41,730 nucleotides of DNA from Asterionella formosa (taxonomy: Eukaryota). This document shows, in pieces, positions 1-11,116 of the stretch. The notes under the pieces are model-generated. The model was not told the DNA's origin. It made no database searches and was given only the letters and a program-made list of their open reading frames with translations. Made by a program: the position numbers and the translations under genes. The DNA is taken from positions 1 to 41,730 of the forward strand of contig NKIB01014652.1 of the NCBI GenBank assembly GCA_002256025.1, read 5' to 3'. The first letter of the stretch is position 1, and every line of letters starts with the position of its first letter.

Positions 1-93
1 GAATGTATTAGCCTCAAGAGCAGGATCTTAGTTGAACTTTCAAATGAATTATTTGAAACATCAACTAATTCAGTCTCGCGTTCAAAATTCATT

Positions 94-160
94 GTGAAAA
101 CTTCACATGAAACAGTTAAAACTTAACATGAAACCGTTAAAACTAAACATGAAACCGTGA
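94..160. repeat. 21-bp tandem repeat, about 3 units
   Basis: catgaaacagttaaaacttaa / catgaaaccgttaaaactaaa / catgaaaccgtg start at 106, 127 and 148, with a partial unit at 94. Confidence 0.8.
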
Positions 161-253
161 AGAGTGGCATTAATGCATGTGAAGTACCACATAATTAACA
201 CTCGTACGTAGACGAAATTTCGAAAAGTGGCGTATTTCGCGGCTTAGATGTGA

Positions 254-1401
254 CGTGATTTTACAAGACCGGGATACTCCAGCCGATCTGGAGCAGGTGA
301 GTAAATTCAATTCAAGCAATCAGAATAGTATGTGTTGTGACGCGGAAACTCGCTCTGGAGTCTTTTCGGACAGAGAATTATTCAGCAAAACATACCTACG
401 CAAGACTCTAAGTCTACGAGAACGTTTTTGCACTTACTAATTCCGATTACAATATTTTGGCGACTGTTGAAAAACCCGATCGGGTCGACTTTTTGGAAGA
501 GGATTGCTCTACATCTACGGGGTTTCATGACGATTAAAATAGATAGCCGTGTACCCTATAATGTCAGAAATTAACTTCTGGAGAGAAGTGGCAGCTATGT
601 ATCATAGATTTTTTGGAAAGCTTCGTAGCCCTTTTTTTGACTAGTTTTGCGGTAGTTATGAATCTATGATACATAGCTGCCACTTCTCTCCAGAAATGGG
701 GTCCATACCATATCTGTATATAGATCATACCACTAAGTCGAGCAATGACAGTATCTAAGCATATGCAAAGTGGTCGTAATGGTGAAAGCTAATTTTGCCT
801 TAAACTATTATATTTACTTGTACATGATGTGTGGATTGATGTACATCATAAAAGTATTTTGGGAAGAAAGGACCTCACAATTTGTAACTGCGGCCCCGGC
901 TAACCCTAGTTTGGAGCAATACATCGCTAGGATTGTAAAAACGACATGGAACAAGGAGTTTGATTCGATGAATTCCCATGATTAGAGTGTCCATTTGAAT
1001 ATTTGAATTGAATAGGAATCCGGCGCCAGATTGATAGAGTTCTATTTTCAACAAACAAAAATGATTTTTAAACGTTTATATTGTATCTACGTTGATGGAT
1101 GTAGATATAATTTTACTCCACGCCAAAACACATATACAAATCATGGGTTTGCTGATATGTATACTCATGGTTCTTGTTTAAAAAGAATGGTATCATTTAT
1201 ACATTTATATTGAATCTACATTGCTGTATGTAGTGTAATATTACTCTACGCCCAAAGGCTATATACAAATCAGTACTGGAGTACTGGTATATTTATAATC
1301 TTGATTCATGAAGATGATGGAAGGCAGGATGAAACTAGTATTGATTTCACTTCCTGGTATACAGTACATCTATTACATGTGGTTCAAGTGTGGCTGGCGT
1401 G
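254..1401 (+). mobile_element. Circularly permuted copy of the non-autonomous TIR element at 32739-33854
   Basis: 258-893 matches the reverse complement of ~32749-33381, and 889-1401 matches the reverse complement of 33382-33851. A 46-nt block at 383-428 is identical to rc of 33214-33259. CGTG occurs at both ends (254-257, 1398-1401). Confidence 0.85.
576..695. repeat. Perfect 35-bp inverted repeat with 50-nt spacer
   Basis: 576-610 ttctggagagaagtggcagctatgtatcatagatt is the exact reverse complement of 661-695. Confidence 0.97.
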
Positions 1402-1790
1402 CAAAGTATATAACCAGAGCATTGTCAGCCCACTCCATATGAGACAAGCAAATTTGGCTTGTGTTATTGACCCTGCACATCAAATTCCATGTTAAGACCA
1501 GGAATAGGTGACCCCAAATGCCATCATCAGTTCCTAACTCAATGAACCAAGTACAAGGCAGGTGATGTATTTGATAGGTCATGGGGTCCTTACCCTCACA
1601 AACCTCTCCTAACCCATCATGATTCTCAACTGCAATTATCCGAAAAAAACACGCAAAAGATGGCAAAGTTCCTGCTCAATTTGACTGGGAGGCCTGTGCC
1701 ATTATAAAGCCTGAATAAGTTGAATAGAGCTGATTGAATATAGCTGGGGGCTCTGGAGATATACCATATATCCTGCTGGAGTGATTACAG
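1402..1790 (-). pseudogene. Crypton-like tyrosine-recombinase transposon remnant (N-terminal to middle part)
   Basis: Minus strand gives YSTYSG, IEQELCHL (other frame), RIIAVE..EGKDPM and HLFLVLTWNLMCRVNNTSQICLSHMEWADNALVIYFA. This resembles the WNLMCR catalytic-Arg box of stramenopile Crypton recombinases. Frameshifted and truncated at 1402. Confidence 0.7.
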
Positions 1791-2916
1791 AGAGCATGAT
1801 GAGGGCTTCCTCTGCCTGCAGCATGCTGAATCGATTCAACAAATCTGTTTGTTACATGATTTTTCCCTTCCCTTGTACCCATGCCTCCTGCCTCCATCTC
1901 AAAAAGAATCACCTTCTTCTGTTGGGAATATGCTGTAAGCCATCCTGCTTTGTGTTCAACACGCCAGCAAAAAAATGCCGAACTGTCAGAAATGTATGTG
2001 TGGTGTGTCCCCCCTGAGACTGTATTGTCCATCATCATCTGCTCATTGACTTCCTGTAAAGGAATGCCATGTGAATGAGGAGGAATATCTGAGATCATGA
2101 TGGTGATCACAAAGGGAAGTGGATGCAACCAAGAATATACAAACGAGCAATAAATGTGATGATGATTGTGCATGCAAAAATTACAGTAGTCGTTACAATA
2201 ATTTTTATGTACCATACTTGTGCTCACAGAAATGGTATCCGTTATACGTGTGTTGTTAGAGTGATGCTGGGCGGTGCAAATTTAAATAATAGTTTGTGCA
2301 GCCACATTTGTATCACACTTGTACCCTTTTGCCTGGTACTTGTAATCGTTCAATCAGAATTCTAACACCACAGCTTGATTGATCGATGCGGCTCTGACGT
2401 TAGTATCGAACAAACGGATCCGCAATTGCCATTGGTCGGAGCAGTCAAACAAACACCCTTACTCAATGGGTTATGACAGTTTTTTACTGGTAAATGGGAC
2501 AGAGAATCCTGGTACCAGGTACCAGGTACTTTGTCCGGTAGAACTGAACTACCGATAACTGATGACATTACCGGTAGGGAGATTTTTCGGACTCCCCGGT
2601 GTAAAACTGCTCTGTTACGTACTCGGCGTACTGGTACACGGTACCTGCTCATACTTCCGGATGGGTCTACCTGCTACCTGCTACTAGGTACCAGGTACCG
2701 AAGGACAGTATAGTCTCATCATAATCAGCATATTAAAAACGTTTTTGCCTGAGTCACACTTAGGGTGTATCTCACGTAGCTATACCGGCCTCTCACTTAT
2801 TTCCCATTTATCTTAAGAAAATGTTACTCGGGGAATCGTTTTTTCCATTTATACAAAGGCCTTGTAGTGGTCATCACTCATTTTGAGATCACATTTTAGA
2901 AATCATTCAATTCATC

Positions 2917-3594
2917 ATGGCAACAAATTCTTCCATCCGCCCACTACTTTTGGCTTTGTTCGTGATAAGCACTCTGGTTTGCGGGGGTTCACAAGTACAT
3001 GGTTTGTCATTCACGAAGCTACTGTCATCAACTACTAGCAAGAACAATGCCTGGATTACTATTGTTCCAGCACTTATTCCAGATGATCTAATCAGCATTC
3101 AAGAGTGTCGAAATTCTTTCACGACGGAAACAAGAAATTCATTTAAACAACGAATCTCACCTCGTTTTCTTAATGCCGACGCTTTATCTCAGCAAAATGT
3201 GGTTTGTATTCTGGCTCGCGAACGGCTGTATCCATGGCGTGTCCTGGGTACTGCTGACTTGAAGTGGAATGACAACACAGGGATTGGATATGTGATGAAT
3301 GTGTATGTGAGAGAAGAGGCTCGAGGAAAAGGCGTAGGAAAACGAATCATGAAGGGCGTGGAGGATTATGCCAGTGACAGGCGCACAGAAGCTGTGAGGT
3401 TGGAGGTTGATACCCAGAATATGGCAGCAGTATCTCTATATCGCCAATGCGGATATACAACTCCTGGTATTCACTCTATTACATCGCTGTTAGGACAACT
3501 GACCGGTCTCAATCTCAGAATATCCATGACAAAGAAGATACTGTCAGTATGTGACGGTGATTTCAGGCTGGCACTCATTAGCGAGGTGGAATAA
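2917..3594 (+). CDS. GNAT-family acetyltransferase with N-terminal signal peptide (possibly plastid-targeted)
   Basis: Acetyl-CoA motif A VMNVYVREEARGKGVG, followed by LEVDTQNMAAVSLYRQCGY. Hydrophobic N-terminus LLLALFVISTLV followed by an S/T-rich stretch. Confidence 0.88.
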   Translation: MATNSSIRPLLLALFVISTLVCGGSQVHGLSFTKLLSSTTSKNNAWITIVPALIPDDLISIQECRNSFTTETRNSFKQRISPRFLNADALSQQNVVCILARERLYPWRVLGTADLKWNDNTGIGYVMNVYVREEARGKGVGKRIMKGVEDYASDRRTEAVRLEVDTQNMAAVSLYRQCGYTTPGIHSITSLLGQLTGLNLRISMTKKILSVCDGDFRLALISEVE

Positions 3595-3884
3595 GCAAGA
3601 TTGCTGGGTCGATGGATGTAGTGGTATCTTGAATATAAAATGACTAATAATATTCGTACCCAGTCGAAGAGTATATCCCTTATGACTTTCTGCAGCAAGT
3701 CTAGGGATTTTGATTAGTTACCATTCGTCAAGATTAGTATACCAAAGTTACCCCGCCTGATAAAATTGCAATTTATTACTGCCTCAGCCAGGTGTAGGAA
3801 GGGTCGTATCTGAGATTTGAATCATTCGGGAAAGGTCAAAAAATTAATCAAATCAAAAAGTACAAAACCAATATTAATGTTCTT

Positions 3885-6800
3885 TCACTCAACTATTCGA
3901 GCAACAAAGAGTGAAACAGGAGGATGATGTCTCAATATGGAAGCTGAAAGTTCAAGTGATGTATCGCCGTTCGGGGATGCAAAGGAGCGATGAATGGACT
4001 GATCACTTGTTACGATTGTTAATAATTCGGCATGCATGCCGCTCACTATTGTATGCAACACACTTTCCGATAAGAATGTGTTCGTCAACGTCTGGAATCG
4101 ACGGTTTCCATACCGATTCATTGTTTGTTGACAACATACCAAATACCCAACTTGAGATCTTTCAGGCGAGAGGTTCTCGAACACTTCTAACATGTCACAT
4201 ACATCCTTGGCGTATTTTTCTCTCTCTGACCCACCAGACACGGTTTTCATGATCTTGTCAAAGCCTTCACGTTCAAAAACATCAAACTCAAAGACGAATG
4301 GGTTCTCTGCGGTGACACTTAATAAATCACTCACATCCTCATTCTCCTCTATTGAATTGCGTTTTGACGATAGCTTTCTGATTAAACAAGGCGAAGATTG
4401 AATACTAAAATCACGAGCCTTTTGAGTTGTGGTGAAAACCTCGGTATGATTGTCCTTGTCCATCGTGTGGCCTTCGTCAAGTTTCGTGACAAACGCCCCA
4501 ACAAAGAAGGCTGTCAAACAGTTCAGAAGGATACTGACACTCAATAGGTTAGCAATCACAAAAAATGGATAGACAAGGTATGGACTGGAATTGCGAGTTG
4601 CAAAGAGATACACCTGTGCGATGGCCTGCCAGTCGTTGCCCACTAAAACTTGAAACATTGTTACCAAGCCTTCCCAATAGGAGTTGAAGTTGTTCAGATC
4701 ATAGAGTGGAGTAATTTTGTCTTCGTTCGCACCGACATTAATCGAACCACCCCAGATTGCCATGCCAATGTAAACAAAAGTATGATGACAAGACAATACT
4801 AATGCCATTGGACCGGCGAGTGCAGGGAAGACATCTTCACTTCGTCGAACAATGTCACGAAAGATACGAAAAAATCGCATGACTCGAATCATGTCGATCG
4901 CTCGACCAGTCAACAGCAGCTTCAATGCGTAGTCCTTATGGCGACCGATGCCACTTAGCGAGACTATGCCAGCTAGTAGCGCTAGCCCATCAAATGTCCC
5001 ATTCAGTCGCGTAATTGGATTGTAGTCAGGCACAAATTTCATCGGATTTGCTCGCAAGAAGAGTTCCAATAGACCCAAAAAGGTGATGGAGCAACCTGCT
5101 GGGAAGGTAATAACATTGAACCAATTGGCTTGAAATTCGGAAGTCAACAAAATAACGTAACCAAAGTTTGCCACGGCAACGAACCCTGCCAAGAATTCAA
5201 TTAGAATCGCCAACAATGATTCTGATGGCGGGGATCGAATGGAAGCATTTAGTGCCAGCCGTATTCTGGTTCGAAAGCTTGGAAAATCAATCAATCCATG
5301 ATCAGAAGGATCAATCAGCTCAACAAGGGCGTGCACCTTCATAGCGTTATAGTGAGGTCGAAGCAGGCGCAAGGTTCGTTGAACGCTTTCTGTGTCAATC
5401 ACGTCATTTACCACAGAATCGTCTTCGTCATATGTAGCATTCAAGAGGGCTTGAAAGGCGAACCGAATCGCGTCTTCTCTGTCTGTAATGGAGCAATCAT
5501 GAATTTTTGTCGATGCTTGCATGTAGGTTTGAAAGACAACTGAGAGTACCAAGGAATGGGAGTAAAAAGTTGTTGTTATGACATAAATGATGAAGAAAAA
5601 TGCAGACTTTCTATCCTCTTTATACATTGGCATCCACATTGACGGGTTAACAACCGTAGTGGATACTATGGCCAATTTTGGTTGGTTAGCAACGAGAGGT
5701 CAAAACGAGGTGGAACAACCAGCAATTTTTTTCTTACACTGAAAGAGTGACAGCCATGAAGTCGACAAGTTGCGAAATGAATCAAACTCCGTGTACAAAT
5801 GTGCAGCAACTGCTGCAAAGCTCAAAATCAAAAGCAGTTCAATTCCCAAAACCTTCAATGCGATTGGTGCAATTCTTCGCAAGGCTTCCAATGCCTGGCG
5901 AGACTTTTCCGAAACGTAAAAGAGACAAATTGGCTTCAACAAACTCGACCATAGGAATTGAGGACACGATGGCAGAAAGAGCAATATATATAACATTTCA
6001 CAAGATAGGAAAAACAAAAGAATACTTAGTGGGAGTGTCCATTTGTAGGCACGAGAATATATGTATGGATCATCGTCTTGCAATGATGGATTGACCAATT
6101 CTTGCAATAATATAATATCCACGCCAAAAACTACAATGGCATACATATTAATTCCGAAGGGTATTGCCAAGGATGCACTGTCTCCTTCGTAGCAAGAGGC
6201 AATCAAAAAGGCGATTATGGCTAGATAAATCATGACTTGCCATGTCCACGAGTACTTCCATTTGTGAATCATCAGCATGTATTCCAGTCGATTTGAATCT
6301 AAGAAATTGTGAGGCAGAGTGGGAGCCCTTGCTCGTTCGTAATCTCTTAGGAAAATGGCAGATATTTGAATGGCTCGTTGCAGCTCGACTGACTTGTTGT
6401 GAACGGATGAGTCGACTGATTGCGCAGCAATACTTCGCTCAGACAGGTTCGGTAGCTTACTTGATTTGCTAATACTGGAATTACAATCAAGTAGCGGTGA
6501 TTCTTCGGAATGATTATTAATCTCCAACGTTCCGTTGTGGTAAGCATTCAATAGATTCATTCGATGGGGATATTCGACAGCGGCTCGTTCCGAACCTCCT
6601 AACGGTATACGTCGGTGGACTTTCGGTGATCGAAAAGGGAGGAACTTGTTCCAAAAAGACTCTTTTGATAGTTTTTGAATAGGTGCAGGCGGAGGTGGAG
6701 TCGCAGTATTATCTCCTTCCAATTCAAATATATTTGATCCACCTTTGGCTTTAAATCGCACCACTCGCGACGAGTGAGTGCCCTTGCCTCCTCTTTGATA

Positions 6801-6896
6801 CCTCGACAATTCCAGATCAACACTGTTGAGCCTTTTCTCAGCGCTCAGCACACTGGGGTTTCCATCATTAGCAGACAGTCGTTCGATGTCTGCCAT
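3885..6896 (-). CDS. Two-pore channel (TPC-like); exons 6896-5738 and 5665-3885
   Basis: A GT..AG intron at 5737-5666, with a CTAAC branch-like site, joins LFQL-STTVVNPSMWMPMY (pore 1). Second pore FQVLVGNDW, S4-like RAIDMIRVMRFFRIFR, and EF-hand-like DPSDHGLIDFPSF between the two channel domains. Confidence 0.9.
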
Positions 6897-7053
6897 GGTT
6901 GTCGTATATTTCACTTGAGACTATTGTTCAAACTGCAAGAACGTAAAATCGTCAGAAAGAGCACCACCGGAGACAACTGAAACCTTACTAGCATAGAGCT
7001 TCAGAGCGAAGGACGTTTCATTTCAAGAAGCAACACCGTTGTATTATTGTCTT

Positions 7054-7112
7054 GGTCGTGGTCGTCGTGGTCGTGGTCGTGGTCGTGGTCGTCGTCGTCG
7101 TCGTCGTCGTCG
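7054..7112. repeat. (GTCGTG)n/(GTC)n microsatellite upstream of the channel gene
   Basis: Direct reading of the sequence. Confidence 0.9.
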
Positions 7113-7863
7113 TTTGTCGTGAGTAATAAATACAAGTCAAGCCAACAGTATAATATTAGTTACTATAATGTAGTCTATGCACACAATTCTGTTTGCATGC
7201 ACCAGTCTGTAGACTACCGGTATTTATTAACACTTCCAGTAGATAAGATAAAAATAACCGCGACGTGGCCTACCGTTATTCCGTTTATATGATATATGCA
7301 CAGCTGTCACTATGCTGCTAAAAGTGCCGGTATATACAGTATGTCATTTGGTGGTATATACATACCAGGAAGGAGATTATAAACTATGTTCGGCCTCGTT
7401 GATTACATTCAACGAACAGAAACATATCATAAACCGTGCATCATTTAGTCGTGAAGAAATCGATCGATTCACAAAACATGATCATATATATATACTAATA
7501 ATAAAATGTATCATAACAAAGTGCAACATGCATTCGACCTTCCAAAATACAGTATAATTTAGAGCTTGCGCAATGACGATGAAATAGACCATGATAACGG
7601 TACATAGTGATGCCCTCAAAAGGAGGCACCAGGTACCTGGTAGTAAAAATATAAACGATAGCCCTGTATATATTTTTTTATCTGTACATATTAACAATAT
7701 CAGTCATTTGCTTTTGTACGAACAGCATCATCCACATTCTATCCTCTTGGTCGCTATTTTGCGTTCTCGCTCACGATCTCCTACAATAAACGACAGGAAC
7801 TTACCAGAGTTCCAAGGATGGAGATCAAAACAGAACTAGTTCATACATATGTAGAAATTAGAA

Positions 7864-8460
7864 TCACCACGAAACGAACGGGAAAAGTTCAATCGGTTTG
7901 TTTTCAAACCCTTCGGCAAGGACCACCTCGATTGACCCGTCAAGTCCTGCTTCCACGCGGTCAAAAACCATATTCTCCTCAGACAGCTGAAGAATCGGTG
8001 TACGTGCATCTGCATCCCGCGCCTTGCCTCTCATGACGAAAAAATACTTCTTGCTCGCTCGTGTTCCATCAGACAGTGCGGGCTTCAATTCCCTAATCTG
8101 AAAATCGGAACCGTTTTTGCAAGTGCTGTTCATTTCATTGATAAGGTCCTTCAGCGTTTGCTCGTGAACCTGATACGAATCTTTTACTTTACGAAGGACG
8201 CCACTTTGAACAAAAAGAGGCTCCGTGTCATTGAAAGAGATGCGCACGTTGTCACCAAACAAATTCGATGCTGCCTTTTGGATTGTGTTGGTGTATCGTT
8301 GCTCGTCGGCATCGCTGCAAGGGATAGCGGACCATGTTTTGGCCTTCATTGTTCTTATATCCTGTCCTAAAAGCTGCCTGGCTTTGATAGCTTCACGACT
8401 ATCAGCTGCGAACGGGGCCTCCGCAACAGCTTGTCGTCGTCTCATGAAACTTGGCGCCAT
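7864..8460 (-). CDS. Hypothetical protein (~198 aa)
   Basis: ATG-started ORF (MAPSFMRRR...) with globular-protein composition; no recognised motif. Confidence 0.6.
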   Translation of the reverse strand: MAPSFMRRRQAVAEAPFAADSREAIKARQLLGQDIRTMKAKTWSAIPCSDADEQRYTNTIQKAASNLFGDNVRISFNDTEPLFVQSGVLRKVKDSYQVHEQTLKDLINEMNSTCKNGSDFQIRELKPALSDGTRASKKYFFVMRGKARDADARTPILQLSEENMVFDRVEAGLDGSIEVVLAEGFENKPIELFPFVSW

Positions 8461-9412
8461 GATTATCACGGTCAATAAATATTTCTAATATGACACGACC
8501 TTTGTCCCAAATTTAAAAATTCAAACTTAACACGGCCGCTGATTGGATTGTCGGAGTTGTTTTATTATTAATCAACTGATGATGAATATATTTCGATAGA
8601 CACAGGGCTACAGGTAGACTGCCAGTAGACTATGTTACTACTGACTCATATCGTTGCCAGCAGCAGTTTGAAATGCATTTTTGGAATGACTGAAGAGAAT
8701 GCGGCCAAGAAAATGAGGCAACTGCCGTGGTAAGTGCCGATGTATCCATCTACGGGTATGGTACCATGTACTGTGGTCTACATTCTACATCATTTATGCA
8801 ATTCAAGCGCGCGGTACATAGAGACGCAGTAACATGAAACTGGTTTCTTAGTCGCTGAGCGTGTTGCAAATATGTACCGGAACAGAGGGAGTACATGGTA
8901 CATTGAGTCGGCCCATAAGAGTTGACACCTGTTCCAGCACATTGGAATCAGTAACTCGATTCTGCTTGGTCAAGGAGCCTGCACAAGTCTTACGAGCCGG
9001 GCCAACAATTTAACAAATAATTGGTTATGATATACTCCGTGTTGAAGGATCATACCTGGTACCCTGCTACTATTGCTCTCCCGCTGTAGACGTGGTACCA
9101 GGTACCGGTGGCTAAGAACTCGGTAGTACATATCGTTTACACGAGGGAAAACCAAGTAACTACAAAATGAACACAACGGACATCATTACTCAGAGCTAGG
9201 AGGGGAATTATAGATTTGGCAGGGTGGGTTAACCAATTTATTTATACCAGCCAATGTTGAGTGTAGTGGAAGGGTATCTCGCCAACGACCCCCTGTGAAA
9301 ACAATGCAAAAAATACAGGGGCAGTTATGCAATTCTGCACCACGAACGTGAGAGAGAATTCAGTGGTTAGGTCCAGCATCGCTTAGCTAAAACCTAGTCG
9401 CTGAAAGATGCG

Positions 9413-11116
9413 CTATTTCGCACATTGCTTTCCAGCAAGTTTGAACTCTTTCAATGTATCAATAAAGCTAAAGCCATAAGTTCCATTCAGATCTGGCTCA
9501 ACTTGACTCCCCTCCCACCATTCGTTCCAAGTAGTAATGAATATCATGGTTGGCAAACTCCCATCATACCATGACGGTCGACGCAAACAAGAGAACTCCT
9601 TAAGTTGTGCAATGAGCCCAGCCGAATCACCCGTCAAACGCTCATGGCCTCGGAAATCGAAATATTTGGGAAGGACATTCGGAAAAAATATTGTTTCATT
9701 GGACCACCGCTTGAATATAGGTAGTCCTTCGCGAAACATGAAATCTTTAGCACTCTCCCCTTCCTGCACTAAGGCATCTTCAAACATGTTGTACGTAGTG
9801 TAGCTCTCAAATACAGGTTTTCCATTCTGGACACCATTTCTGGCCTTATCTGGCCATTGTTGATCTGCTATGAATGGTTCATCCGCAATAAAAAATATAT
9901 TTTCACCAACTTCCTCCCTGACCTGATCCAACATGGACGATTTAAATCCATTCCATGTCCGAGTAATATACAAAACCACCACCGGGCGTTCATTCACACG
10001 GTAATAGGATGGATTGGAAAAATATTCACTTTTGAGGAACTTCATGTCGGCAATGAAATCGTCTATGGCTATGGTCCCATTTGAGAAGTCTCTGGTGGAC
10101 AAAGCAGCTGTAGATTCGTAATTCATGCAGAATTTGATTGGGTTTGTTGCTTGGAGCATACCTTCGCGAAAAAAAGTTGCTGTTGGACTATTTGGTTTTC
10201 CCCATGATACTACCCATGCGTCAATACCTGCCCGTCTCGCCCATTTATTGTGCTGTTCGGCTACTACTTGATCATCGCTTCCATAAAGACCCAACAGGGG
10301 TGTATCAGCATGGCCATGTTGGCTCCAGTTGTCTCGAAAATACCAAGGGTAGTAATATGCAAGGAAAAGTAACGTATTGTCAACAGTCACGGCCGAAGGA
10401 TTTGGAGAAGGAACTTTTTCAATAACTGGGGCAGAAGTTGGGAGTGGCGTTTCAAGTACAGATGGAGGCATTGATGGTTTGATCGATGCAATAGGGTCGG
10501 AAGATGGGTAGGTCGATGGTGTCTCAAGCTTGGACGGAAGAGTCGATGGTTGCAATGAAATGGATATTGTAGGGTCGGAAGATGGGTTGGTTGAGGGTGT
10601 CTCAAGCTTGGAAGGAAAATTCGATGGTTGCAACGAAATGGATACTGTCGGGTCAGAAGATGGGTTGGTTGATGGAATCTCAAGCTTGGAAGGAAAAGTC
10701 GATGGGTGCAATGAAATTGATATTGTAAGGTCGGACGATGGGTCGGTTGATGGTGTCTCAAGTTTGGATGGAAGAATCGATGGTTGGAATGAAATGGATA
10801 TGGTAGGGACGGAAGTTGGATTGGTAGGTGAGGTTGACGGGTATCCAGTCACAGGAGCAAAACTTTCATCACTTGGTTGCAGAGTAGGCGAAGTTGATTG
10901 AACAATTATAGAAGCCACTGAAGGAGAATAGCTATTTGATGGTGGCCACGTCTGAGAGGGGGCGGTGTTTAATCCAGTCGAGACGTTGGAATCATGCTGT
11001 TCACTATCATCAAAGGCAAGCTTCCATACTGTGACGCCCACAGCGACAGAAACGAGCACCAGCAAGCAAATCACACCAAATGTGCCCTTCCGACGGAGAA
11101 CCTCGGATCCTGGCAT
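9413..11116 (-). CDS. GH99-like endo-alpha-mannosidase/mannanase, type II membrane protein with Pro/Ser/Thr stalk
   Basis: N-terminal TM segment (VICLLVLVSVAVGVTVW), AYYYPWY, IDAWVVSW, and ITTWNEWWEGSQVEP matching the GH99 catalytic NEWxEG motif. Confidence 0.85.
   Translation of the reverse strand: MPGSEVLRRKGTFGVICLLVLVSVAVGVTVWKLAFDDSEQHDSNVSTGLNTAPSQTWPPSNSYSPSVASIIVQSTSPTLQPSDESFAPVTGYPSTSPTNPTSVPTISISFQPSILPSKLETPSTDPSSDLTISISLHPSTFPSKLEIPSTNPSSDPTVSISLQPSNFPSKLETPSTNPSSDPTISISLQPSTLPSKLETPSTYPSSDPIASIKPSMPPSVLETPLPTSAPVIEKVPSPNPSAVTVDNTLLFLAYYYPWYFRDNWSQHGHADTPLLGLYGSDDQVVAEQHNKWARRAGIDAWVVSWGKPNSPTATFFREGMLQATNPIKFCMNYESTAALSTRDFSNGTIAIDDFIADMKFLKSEYFSNPSYYRVNERPVVVLYITRTWNGFKSSMLDQVREEVGENIFFIADEPFIADQQWPDKARNGVQNGKPVFESYTTYNMFEDALVQEGESAKDFMFREGLPIFKRWSNETIFFPNVLPKYFDFRGHERLTGDSAGLIAQLKEFSCLRRPSWYDGSLPTMIFITTWNEWWEGSQVEPDLNGTYGFSFIDTLKEFKLAGKQCAK
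10495..10805 (-). repeat. Four 78-bp (26-aa) coding tandem repeats in the GH99 stalk
   Basis: TISISxQPSxxPSKLETPSTxPSSDP x4; ctcaag recurs at 10523 and 10601 (78-bp period). Confidence 0.92.

Noticed and set aside
576..695. Retron-like a1/a2 interpretation of the hairpin
   Set aside because: Eukaryotic context and no adjacent reverse transcriptase.
1031..1213. Similar short ORFs in both element copies (also 33381-33710 and 255-440)
   Set aside because: Non-ATG starts, many amino-acid changes, and stops that differ between copies; explained by DNA homology.
10387..10901. Alternative-frame repeat ORFs; CRISPR-like periodicity
   Set aside because: Shadows of the 78-bp coding repeat; no unique spacers and no cas genes.
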